A DNA stretch of 64,000 nucleotides, from NCBI GenBank assembly GCA_963664015.2, contig CAXXLF010000001.1, positions 1 through 64,000 on the forward strand. Reading direction: 5' to 3'. The DNA comes from Candidatus Binatia bacterium (GTDB lineage Bacteria > Desulfobacterota > Binatia > UBA9968 > CAXXLF01). The position numbers and the translations under genes were made by a program. Positions 1-8,263 of this stretch are shown here, piece after piece. The notes under the pieces are model-generated. The model worked only from the letters and a program-made list of their open reading frames with translations. It did no database searches and had not been told where the DNA came from. Each line of letters begins with the position of its first letter. Positions within the stretch are counted from its first letter, which is position 1.

Positions 1-2
1 TC

Positions 3-110
3 CACCGAAAATATCCTCTTGGTTATGTTCCCAAGCGCAAGTCTGTTGCCATGCCGGCCTTTCCGCACCTCAGAAAAGCGATTCCGGACATTGCAGTCTA
101 TCTTCGCTGA
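3..110 (+). CDS. 3' end of a gene entering the window, probably a small cytochrome c family protein
   Basis: Open frame HRKYPLGYVPKRKSVAMPAFPHLRKAIPDIAVYLR* ending TGA at 108-110. The YPxGYxPKR..MP tail resembles small class I cytochrome c C-termini; CxxCH would lie outside the window. Confidence 0.45.
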   Translation, partial: HRKYPLGYVPKRKSVAMPAFPHLRKAIPDIAVYLR

Positions 111-129
111 GCGCCCGCAGACTCCTCTA

Positions 130-825
130 TTATAAGAGGAACCTGAAGACCAGCCAGAGCATCAGAGTCAGCAGAAAACCTGACCAAATGGTACCCGAAA
201 CCGAATCCAAAGGCTTCTTGGCAGCGCCCTGGGTCCCCACTAGACAATTCAGTTCCACGACAGCAATAATCCCAAGAGCGACAACCCAAAATCCTGTTGC
301 CGATCCCATTGCCGCACCGATTGAAGGATAGTGACTGGCGGCGCCCATGAAGAAGAGCATGGGAATCGAAAACAGCGTATTGGTCCTTGATGCAAGCGAA
401 GCCCTCCGGGCACGGCGGGCGGCCTCGGGAATGGCTTGTCCACCCTCAGCAACCTGAACCGCCGAAGCGATCACGACCTTTTGCGCGGGCCAGATCACCA
501 GCCAAACATTCAGGAACATCAGTGTTCCCATCGTTCCGCCTATGGTTATTGCCAGCCCGTAAGGGGAAGCGAAATAGATGGAGCTTCCCACCTCTGCCAG
601 CTTGTGCATATACATCAGAATGCCTGACAAGAAGGTAAACATGGCGCCCCAGCGGAACCACCAGAGAGCGCGAGGGACCAATTTTTGAACGGCACCGCTT
701 CTAACCGGAGCCTCGGTCTCTGCAAAAAACGGTGTCTGTACGAAATTAAAATAATAGAGAATGCCAATCCACGTAATACCGGAAAGGAAATGAATCCAAC
801 GCAAAATAAAGAGATAAGCTTCCAT
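130..825 (-). CDS. Urate hydroxylase PuuD-like (Urate_ox_N) multi-pass membrane protein
   Basis: RWIHFLSGITWIGILYYFNF, LWWFRWGA, NVWLVIWP, SRTNTLFSIPMLFFM motifs; AAGGAGG RBS upstream. Confidence 0.75.
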   Translation of the reverse strand: MEAYLFILRWIHFLSGITWIGILYYFNFVQTPFFAETEAPVRSGAVQKLVPRALWWFRWGAMFTFLSGILMYMHKLAEVGSSIYFASPYGLAITIGGTMGTLMFLNVWLVIWPAQKVVIASAVQVAEGGQAIPEAARRARRASLASRTNTLFSIPMLFFMGAASHYPSIGAAMGSATGFWVVALGIIAVVELNCLVGTQGAAKKPLDSVSGTIWSGFLLTLMLWLVFRFLL

Positions 826-1247
826 GAACGGCCTCCTTCGTCCCCTGTTAATGTTGACTACGTTCCCTATATATTAAGCTTGGTGCAAAGTTGTCAAGGG
901 AAAATACGAGACTAGGCACCTTTAGAGATCCAAGTTGCCAGCAACTTCTGCAAACCGGATGAGGCGATGGGATTCTTCAGGATGAAGAACGAGCGCCAGC
1001 AACCCATCAACCTTTCATTCGATCTAACGCCCAGCCCTCGGGTGGGGGACAGGGGTAGGGCTTTTCGATTGCCACCGGTTTCGGCTCCGTCGCTAGAGGT
1101 TCAGCTTGACCTGGCTATGGATATATGCCACTTTTTGCCATTGTCACCGATACAGAGCGGGGAGCTCAACCGGCACCCACACCTAATATTAATCAGATGC
1201 AAAACACCGTCCCTTTAAGCAATGGGCAAAACTCGACCGACCTACCG

Positions 1248-2210
1248 ATGAAGTCGGAGGATCTATTCGATTGCCTTGCCACCGAGCTCGATCTGGTCGA
1301 AAAAAATCTGGCAAAATCTATTCGCTCAAGCGAACGGACATTGACGGAGATTTCTGCTCACCTGATCGATAGCGGGGGGAAAAGGGTCCGCCCGCTCGTG
1401 GCCTTGCTCGCTTTCAAGGCATGCGGCGGCACCCGAACGGAAGAGATGGTTGACATCGCTACCGCCCTGGAACTCCTTCATACAGCCACCCTGCTTCACG
1501 ATGACATTATCGACGGCGCCGATGTGCGACGAGGGAAAGAATCGGCCTATAAGAAATTTGGGCTCAAATCGACGCTGGTCACGGGTGATTTCCTGTTTAT
1601 TAAGGCCTTCGAATTTGCCGGAAAATTCGACGAGACGGTGGTTCAGTGGACTGCTGATGCGTGCACACGTTTGACTGAGGGGGAGATGCTTCAGAGTTCA
1701 TTTAACCGTAACAGGACGGTTACTTTCGAAGATTATCTACGGATTATCAAACGCAAAACCGCCTCATTGTTCCAGACTGGGGCCCAACTCGGGGCCTACA
1801 TGGCCGATGGAGGGGACGAGTCCATCCGACAGATGAAGGAATACGGTCTCAACCTGGGGATGGCCTTTCAGATGATTGACGACGTCCTGGATGTGATAGG
1901 CCACAAAGAGTTGCTGGGAAAGCCTATTGGCATGGATCTTCGAGACGGGAATCCGTCATTGCCGATCGTTTTATCGGTTAATGAAGGAGAGAAAACCGTT
2001 ATGGAGGCCTTTGAATCGCCGCATCCATCCGAGTTGTGTATCCAAGGTGCCATCGAGGCTATGAGGCAAGGTAAATCCATTCACCAGGCTAAAGTGATGT
2101 CCAAGGGATACGCCCTTGAGGCCACTAAACTTATTGAGAAGCTTGAACCATCCATCTATCGAAACGGGCTCGAGAGCCTGGCTCGTCTCATTGTCGAAAG
2201 GGATTTCTGA
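1248..2210 (+). CDS. Polyprenyl diphosphate synthase (IspB/HepT family)
   Basis: GGKRVRP, LLHDDIID..RRG and FQMIDDVLD motifs; start taken at ATG 1248 (ORF open from 1125). Confidence 0.93.
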   Translation: MKSEDLFDCLATELDLVEKNLAKSIRSSERTLTEISAHLIDSGGKRVRPLVALLAFKACGGTRTEEMVDIATALELLHTATLLHDDIIDGADVRRGKESAYKKFGLKSTLVTGDFLFIKAFEFAGKFDETVVQWTADACTRLTEGEMLQSSFNRNRTVTFEDYLRIIKRKTASLFQTGAQLGAYMADGGDESIRQMKEYGLNLGMAFQMIDDVLDVIGHKELLGKPIGMDLRDGNPSLPIVLSVNEGEKTVMEAFESPHPSELCIQGAIEAMRQGKSIHQAKVMSKGYALEATKLIEKLEPSIYRNGLESLARLIVERDF

Positions 2211-2248
2211 CCTTATCCCCGTCTGCCCTTGGTCTCCACAATCGGGCC

Positions 2249-2977
2249 ATGCCTTCACCTAGAAACCAGCATGAAAGATTTGTACAGCAGATCTTTGATA
2301 GAATCGCCGGCCGTTACGATCTTCTCAACCGGATAATCAGTTTTCATCTGGATACCATCTGGCGCAAGAAGGCCGTAAAAAGCCTTAACCTCGCGGAGAA
2401 AAAGGTAAACATTTTGGACCTAGGGAGCGGAACCGGAGACCTGGCCTTTACAGCAGCCAATGGACTCGCAGCCGAGGGCAGGGTGGTCGGATTGGACTTT
2501 GCACCGAAAATGCTCCAATTAGCCAATGCTAAAAAGAAAAATCATACGGGTGGCGATAAGACCCTGTTCGTCCTGGGTAGTGCCCTTGCAGCCCCCTTCA
2601 AGAACAATAGTTTCGAGGCTGTCATGACGGGCTTCGTTTTGCGAAATGTCTCTGACCTCAATCTTTTCTTTGTCGAGGCTTACCGTCTCTTGAAACCCGG
2701 AGGACGGTTAGCCACTCTGGACATGTTCCCCCCCCGCAAGGGTCTTTTCTATGTCTTCTATTCGCTCTATTTTTTTCGTCTGGTGCCATGGATCGGAGCC
2801 GGCCTGACCCGCCATGGAGGCGCCTATCGTTATCTCTCAGAATCGGTCAAGGGTTTCGCTGGCCCAGAGAGCATTGCTGAAGTGATCGCTAATGCGGGCT
2901 TTAAGGGAATTAGAATCGAGAGATTTCTTCGAGGAGCTGTTTGCCTTCACATTGCGCAAAAGCCACACAAACCATGA
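2249..2977 (+). CDS. ubiE: Demethylmenaquinone/ubiquinone C-methyltransferase (UbiE/MenG)
   Basis: FDRIAGRYDLLNRIISF, LDLGSGTGD SAM motif, LRNV, LKPGG, YRYLSES. Confidence 0.9.
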   Translation: MPSPRNQHERFVQQIFDRIAGRYDLLNRIISFHLDTIWRKKAVKSLNLAEKKVNILDLGSGTGDLAFTAANGLAAEGRVVGLDFAPKMLQLANAKKKNHTGGDKTLFVLGSALAAPFKNNSFEAVMTGFVLRNVSDLNLFFVEAYRLLKPGGRLATLDMFPPRKGLFYVFYSLYFFRLVPWIGAGLTRHGGAYRYLSESVKGFAGPESIAEVIANAGFKGIRIERFLRGAVCLHIAQKPHKP

Positions 2978-3804
2978 AAACCTACCCAGTTAGCTTTCTC
3001 TTTCTTTTACAGCAAGTCTCCTTGGGAGGGCTGTTTGCATTGGCCGTAACGCCATTCCAGGATTTGGAGCGAGGGTTTTATAAATCAACAACCGGGGTTC
3101 TCGTGGTCATGGCTCTCCTCGCCCTATGGGGCAAGGTGGACCTCTATCTGAAGTCCTACCTGCCGGGCGATGGCTTGATGGCCACGATCGATCTATCGAT
3201 TTTCATCCTGTTTGTCGTACTCATTCTGATATATTTCGTGTCCTTGTGGGGGGAGCGCGTGTGGATTCGGGCCAGGGCCTTTTCAACGGCGTTACTTCTT
3301 GGACTTGCGGGCCTGGTTCTCACGTCCTTCGGTTTTCATGATGCGCCCATTGGATCTATCGAGACTGTTCTATACCCCTTCAGTTTTCTGCTCTCATCGC
3401 TCCTCCTTGGGGCTGTCACGGTAGGTATGCTGATAGGTCATTGGTATCTGATCGATGCCGGCCAAAGCTTGGATCCCTTTCTCCGTGTATTCAGGTTTTT
3501 TGTGGTGGTGCTCATTATCCACACTTCATTCCTGGTCTTTGCACCAGCAGTACTCTATTTCTTGGGGGCGCCGCAGGCGGTCGAAGGAGTCGAAAAATTG
3601 TGGAACGACCACTTCTTCTTGCTTGCTGCGAGGCTGTGTGTCTCCCAGGTGGGGCCACTCATCCTATCCTATATGATTTGGCAGACGTTAAAGATACCCA
3701 ACACCATGGCGGCTACCGGTCTCTTTTATATTGCCTTGTTGGGAGTCGTAGTCGGCGAGATATTGGGGAGGCAGCTCTTATCCTTGACTACCTTGCCCCT
3801 CTAG
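2974..3804 (+). CDS. Conserved hypothetical multi-pass membrane protein
   Basis: About 8 hydrophobic segments; MLIGHWYL and AATGLFY motifs; ATGA overlap with the ubiE stop. Confidence 0.75.
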   Translation: MKTYPVSFLFLLQQVSLGGLFALAVTPFQDLERGFYKSTTGVLVVMALLALWGKVDLYLKSYLPGDGLMATIDLSIFILFVVLILIYFVSLWGERVWIRARAFSTALLLGLAGLVLTSFGFHDAPIGSIETVLYPFSFLLSSLLLGAVTVGMLIGHWYLIDAGQSLDPFLRVFRFFVVVLIIHTSFLVFAPAVLYFLGAPQAVEGVEKLWNDHFFLLAARLCVSQVGPLILSYMIWQTLKIPNTMAATGLFYIALLGVVVGEILGRQLLSLTTLPL

Positions 3805-4104
3805 ATTCGGTGGTTTCTCTTCAGCGCCGGGTTCCGGGTAGACCTTGATCTTTGTCACCCTGAGTCCGCTGGACGTCCAGCCCAGGTCGTACCCAACCTT
3901 TTGTCCTTGTTTCAGATCATTGGGATCCTGAGAATCACTCAGAACAATGACCAAATTGTACGCGAAGGCTATCTCACGACCGCTTGCGGTACGGACAATT
4001 CCCAGGTTGTTTCTAGGAAACAGCTTTACAATGACGCCGTGGTAGAACAGGTCCATATTACCCAGAATATCCTGGAGCGCTTCACCTTCATCGGAGCTTG
4101 CCAT
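3778..4104 (-). CDS. Small OB-fold / cold-shock-like hypothetical protein
   Basis: YHGVIVKLF..GIV..GREIAF..LKQGQKVGYD pattern; directly downstream of nuoB. Confidence 0.6.
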   Translation of the reverse strand: MASSDEGEALQDILGNMDLFYHGVIVKLFPRNNLGIVRTASGREIAFAYNLVIVLSDSQDPNDLKQGQKVGYDLGWTSSGLRVTKIKVYPEPGAEEKPPNLEGQGSQG

Positions 4105-4120
4105 TTACGGCTGGACTTTT

Positions 4121-4633
4121 CTATCTCAGTGGATGTTTCTGCCGGGCAATCCTGCCTTGAAGTTCCATGAGCCCATCGAGAACCGCTTCCGGGCGAGGGG
4201 GACAGCCGGGGACGTAAACATCCACGGGAATAATGCGGTCAATGCCCTGTACCGTGGCATAATTATCATAAAAACCACCACTTGCAGCACAAGCTCCGAA
4301 TGCCATGACCCACTTGGGGTCCCCCATCTGTTCATAGATTCGCTTGAGGACAGGTGACAGCTTATGGTTTACAGTTCCAATAACCATAAGAAGATCGGCC
4401 TGGCGTGGGCTGAAACGAGGGAGTAGGGCACCAAATCGATCGATATCATAAGGAGCCATGGTCAGAGACATGAATTCCATTGCGCAACAGGCCGTGGCAA
4501 AAGGATATGGGAATATGGAATACTTTCTCGCCCAGCCAACAGCCTTGTCCAAGCGGGTAAGCACCACCCCATCGGCGAGAAGTTTCTCTTCGCCATAATT
4601 AGATGCTAGTTTTTGTTGTGGGGATTCCATCAA
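4121..4633 (-). CDS. nuoB: NADH-quinone oxidoreductase subunit B (standalone)
   Basis: ATACCAME, RFSPRQAD, GACAASGG, VDVYVPGCPPRPE. Confidence 0.93.
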   Translation of the reverse strand: MMESPQQKLASNYGEEKLLADGVVLTRLDKAVGWARKYSIFPYPFATACCAMEFMSLTMAPYDIDRFGALLPRFSPRQADLLMVIGTVNHKLSPVLKRIYEQMGDPKWVMAFGACAASGGFYDNYATVQGIDRIIPVDVYVPGCPPRPEAVLDGLMELQGRIARQKHPLR

Positions 4634-4704
4634 AGTCTCTATAGAATAGATTGCTGGGGGGAAAAGTCAACCGATCAAAATACTCTTATTGATGAGGGGC
4701 TTCT

Positions 4705-5163
4705 ATGGCGCAAAAAAACAAGTTTCTTCAGATCTCTGTGGTAGGCGGAACCGATGCAGATAGGTCCACCCTTGCTCTTGCCGAATCCGTTGGTAAGGCC
4801 ATTGCCGAACAAGGGGCGGTATTGATCTGCGGCGGCTTTGGTGGTGTCATGGAAGCGGCAGCCCGTGGTGCAAAGGAAAGAGGGGGCCTTACCGTTGGTA
4901 TCCTATCAAACTATAAAAAGGAAAAAGCCAACCCGTTCATCGACATCACGATTCCTACTGGCCTCGGGCATGCGAGAAACTTTCTCGTGGCAGCCTCTGG
5001 TGATATCGTGGTAGCTCTCTCGGGCTCCCACGGGACCCGTTCGGAGGTTTCCGCAGCCCTCCTACTGGGCAAAAAAGTAGTGGGGCTCAAGGCCTGGCAA
5101 GAAATTGAAGGGGTACATCGGGTTGAAAGCGTAGCAGAACTCAAAAAATATTATTTTGCCTAA
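4705..5163 (+). CDS. TIGR00725/LOG-family protein
   Basis: CGGFGGVMEAAARGA, TGLGHARN, GT.SE motifs. Confidence 0.88.
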   Translation: MAQKNKFLQISVVGGTDADRSTLALAESVGKAIAEQGAVLICGGFGGVMEAAARGAKERGGLTVGILSNYKKEKANPFIDITIPTGLGHARNFLVAASGDIVVALSGSHGTRSEVSAALLLGKKVVGLKAWQEIEGVHRVESVAELKKYYFA

Positions 5164-5258
5164 AATCTAGGCAACCGGTCACTGATGGTAAACTCTGCGA
5201 TATCAAAGATTAATTCATGAAATTGGCATAAGGTCTCAAGATAGAAAGGAATTTTATA

Positions 5259-5309
5259 TTGACAAACCTTTCGGAATATATTAATTTTACAAAGGAATGA
5301 TTATCCACA
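5259..5309 (+). promoter_or_regulatory. Putative sigma70 promoter for thrB followed by a perfect DnaA box
   Basis: TTGACA 5259-5264, 17 bp spacer, TAATTT 5282-5287; TTATCCACA at 5301-5309. Confidence 0.5.
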
Positions 5310-5344
5310 ATAAAGGGCCGATGGTGCAACCATAGACCTCGGAA

Positions 5345-6367
5345 ATGGCAATTTATACCCGTCTGAGCAAGAAGGAATGCTCACTGATTGCTGATGAATT
5401 CGGACTTGGGGATATTGTTTCATATTCCGGTGTCCGGAACGGATCGGTTAACACCCATTACCTCCTAGAAACAAAGAAAGGCCGCTTTTTCCTCAAGGTT
5501 GACGAGGTAAAGAGCGAGCTTGAGGTCAAACAAGAAATCGATCTCGTGCTGTTTCTCAAACGGCATGGATTTCCTGTGCTACAACCGCTTCGAACAAAAA
5601 AAGGCAAGCACTACCACGACATTCAATCGAAGCAGATCTCCTTAACACGTTACTTGGATGCGAAGGAGTTATCGGCCGAGGAACTTACCTTTCCCCAATT
5701 GGAGTCCTTAGGACATACCCTGGCTAACCTGCACCTTATCGGACGAGCCTACAAAAAAGGCATTGATAATCGCTTCCCCTTTGCTAAAATTGCACATATA
5801 TATCAAGACTTTAGAAAGGATTTACCGACACATTTAAAGAACATTATCCGGGTATTGGATGACGAATTTACTTATTTGGAAAACTATTTGGACAATAACC
5901 TCCCGAAGGGTCTTATCCACGGGGATTTTTTTTCTGATAACGTAAAGTTCAAGGGATCCAGGTTGGTTGGCGTTCTGGACTTTGAGGCTGCATGCCGCGC
6001 GAAACTCATCAATGATCTTGCTACCGGCGTCAATGCGCTATGTTACGTGGACGGTCGCTACCGAATCGAACGTTTCGAGGCCTTGATCTCGGGCTATGAA
6101 AGCCTGCGCCCGCTGTCATTGCCCGAGTGGGACTCTTTCCCCAACGAACTTCGCTTTTCAGCGCTCAGATTTACCGTAACTCGAATCAAAGACTTCTTCC
6201 TACGAAAGACGGACGATACCCAACGAAACTACAAGGACTTCAAGGAGTTCTTCGATCGCCTGCTAATTCTTAGAAGAGAAAAAGACGGTGGCATGGAAGA
6301 GCTTCTACTTGCCATGGCCACGGGGTACGATTACCGTAAATATCAGAAATCCAAACCGGCAAAATGA
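5345..6367 (+). CDS. thrB: Homoserine kinase type II (APH-fold)
   Basis: MAIYT, G.VNTHY, LPKGLIHGDFFSDNV, LDFE, ALRF..R. Confidence 0.85.
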   Translation: MAIYTRLSKKECSLIADEFGLGDIVSYSGVRNGSVNTHYLLETKKGRFFLKVDEVKSELEVKQEIDLVLFLKRHGFPVLQPLRTKKGKHYHDIQSKQISLTRYLDAKELSAEELTFPQLESLGHTLANLHLIGRAYKKGIDNRFPFAKIAHIYQDFRKDLPTHLKNIIRVLDDEFTYLENYLDNNLPKGLIHGDFFSDNVKFKGSRLVGVLDFEAACRAKLINDLATGVNALCYVDGRYRIERFEALISGYESLRPLSLPEWDSFPNELRFSALRFTVTRIKDFFLRKTDDTQRNYKDFKEFFDRLLILRREKDGGMEELLLAMATGYDYRKYQKSKPAK

Positions 6368-6407
6368 CGAACGTCTCTTCCGATCCTAGCTTAAATCTTA
6401 TTACCTG

Positions 6408-6809
6408 TTAGTGATGATTCCTAAGCAGTTTAGAATTTAGTCTTCGGATTTTGCTGATACTATCCTGCCGGATGAGTCGGATTAGGGCCAGGAAGGTCAA
6501 GAAAAGGCCCAGAAAAAAGAGTAACCGCCCACCGGCCAGCACAACATAATAAAAATCCACCTTGACCCGGGCCGTATTGCTTCGCTCTGTGCCCTCATTG
6601 ATGCGGCTTAGGACCTCTTCGCTCTTACGTTGATCCAATTCCTGAAAATTCTGATAGCTGTTTTCCCGTCCACGTTCAGCCGTGCTTTGTAACATCCTTT
6701 GATACTTGGTGATTTGTATGGCCCCAAAGATCCAGTTACCGATGCCGAGGCTCAGCAGGATGAGTGCCGCCATGAGAAGATAACTTGAAAAGATATCTTT
6801 GAGTTTCAT
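6408..6809 (-). CDS. Hypothetical two-TM membrane protein
   Basis: 133-aa ORF with two hydrophobic helices flanking a polar loop. Confidence 0.6.
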   Translation of the reverse strand: MKLKDIFSSYLLMAALILLSLGIGNWIFGAIQITKYQRMLQSTAERGRENSYQNFQELDQRKSEEVLSRINEGTERSNTARVKVDFYYVVLAGGRLLFFLGLFLTFLALIRLIRQDSISKIRRLNSKLLRNHH

Positions 6810-6953
6810 TAGATTTGCAGATACCAGACTTACCCGTGAACGTCAATCAAGGCCTTGGATCATGGACAACCCCAACCCCCATTGTTGGCTAATAGTCACA
6901 GGAACTCACCTCATGTAGATTCCCGGCCTTTAAGAGAAAGTTTCATACGTACC

Positions 6954-6982
6954 TTGACACTCTACGTTAACGCGAATAGTAT
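6954..6982 (+). promoter_or_regulatory. Putative sigma70 promoter of the ABC transporter genes
   Basis: TTGACA 6954-6959, 17 bp spacer, TAGTAT 6977-6982; GGAGG RBS before ATG 7012. Confidence 0.5.
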
Positions 6983-7011
6983 AAGCCCCACTTTTGCAGA
7001 GGAGGTGGATC

Positions 7012-8175
7012 ATGGGTAATTTCACAAAAAGTTTCCTTTTGGCTGCTGTATTTATCCTGGGATCAGGCGTTGTCGGGACCTACTCGTGGGCAAGTCCCGA
7101 GGGGAAAAAGGCCCTGGCCGACCTGATTGGTCAGGCGAAGAAAGAAGGAGTCCTGGATTCGGCAATTACGTCGGGCATTGTGAAGGCCCAGGCCCGTTTG
7201 ACAAGCGCCTTTAAAAAGCGCTTCGGACTTGACAATTTGGAGATCAATCTTGCACGCGGAAGCATGTCTCCCAAGTTCGTCAAGCTTCACGCCACCCTCA
7301 AGAGCGGTGGCACACCCACCTTTGATGCCCTGACCGGCACAGGTCAGGAGCATATGAAGATGAAGGAAGCTGGTTTCTCGACCCCCATCGCCAACTGGAA
7401 GCTCCTATTGGCCGAAATCAACCCGCTAGTGGGTTCCGGACAAGTGAATCCGAAGGACGTGAGCCCCTCACCATTCAGCGGTTATAGCTTTCTGTGGAGC
7501 ACCCGAACCCGTTCGTTTATATACAACACCAAACTCATTACTCCCGATGAGCTCCCAAAAAGCGTCGCCGACCTGGCCAATCCCAAATTTAAAGGAATGT
7601 TTGCCGTGCCCCCTTGGACCTCCATGTGGGAAGTCGCGACGCTGGTTTACGACAAAGAAAAATGGCTTAAGATCACTGATCAAACGGGAAGAAACGCGGG
7701 CGCCGTGCTCCGTTACGGAGCTGGTATGGACCGCATGCTACTGGGCGAGTTCGCCTTCCAACCAACGAATTCTTATTATTACTGGCAACGCAAGGCTAAG
7801 GACCCCACGGTCCCCTTAGGTCAGAGGTGGTTTACGGATTTTACGCCACTGACCAAGGTACTCCATCTCGTTCCGAAGAACGTCCGGCATCCTGCCGCGG
7901 CTACGCTCTGGTCCCTATGGATGACAACCCCGGAGGCCCAGGCCATATGGCAGCCGACGAACTCCCAAGCCAATGCCATCTTTGGGCAGAGTGCCGTCGA
8001 CAAAGAAGCCAGGAAAAGCTTGAAAGCGAGTGGTAGCAAGATCATTACTTGGTATGACAGCCCCGCGACAATTCAAAGATTTAAATGGTTTGGCACCGAT
8101 GAAGGACGCGCCTACCGCGCCGAACTCAAAAAGGGATTGACGCAACGTAGGAAAAAGAAGAAGGGCAAGCGTTAG
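7012..8175 (+). CDS. ABC transporter substrate-binding protein (Fe3+/thiamine-type, SBP_bac_6-like)
   Basis: Signal peptide, AKKEG, YNTKL..PKS..DLANPKFKG, HPAAA.LW..W..TPEAQ. Confidence 0.85.
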   Translation: MGNFTKSFLLAAVFILGSGVVGTYSWASPEGKKALADLIGQAKKEGVLDSAITSGIVKAQARLTSAFKKRFGLDNLEINLARGSMSPKFVKLHATLKSGGTPTFDALTGTGQEHMKMKEAGFSTPIANWKLLLAEINPLVGSGQVNPKDVSPSPFSGYSFLWSTRTRSFIYNTKLITPDELPKSVADLANPKFKGMFAVPPWTSMWEVATLVYDKEKWLKITDQTGRNAGAVLRYGAGMDRMLLGEFAFQPTNSYYYWQRKAKDPTVPLGQRWFTDFTPLTKVLHLVPKNVRHPAAATLWSLWMTTPEAQAIWQPTNSQANAIFGQSAVDKEARKSLKASGSKIITWYDSPATIQRFKWFGTDEGRAYRAELKKGLTQRRKKKKGKR

Positions 8176-8263
8176 CGAAAACTCCCTTTCGAATGCGGGA
8201 ACGAATAAATCCACTTAGCTCGCCCAATGTAAGCAAGTGCCTCTTCACGGATAAGGGAAGACT

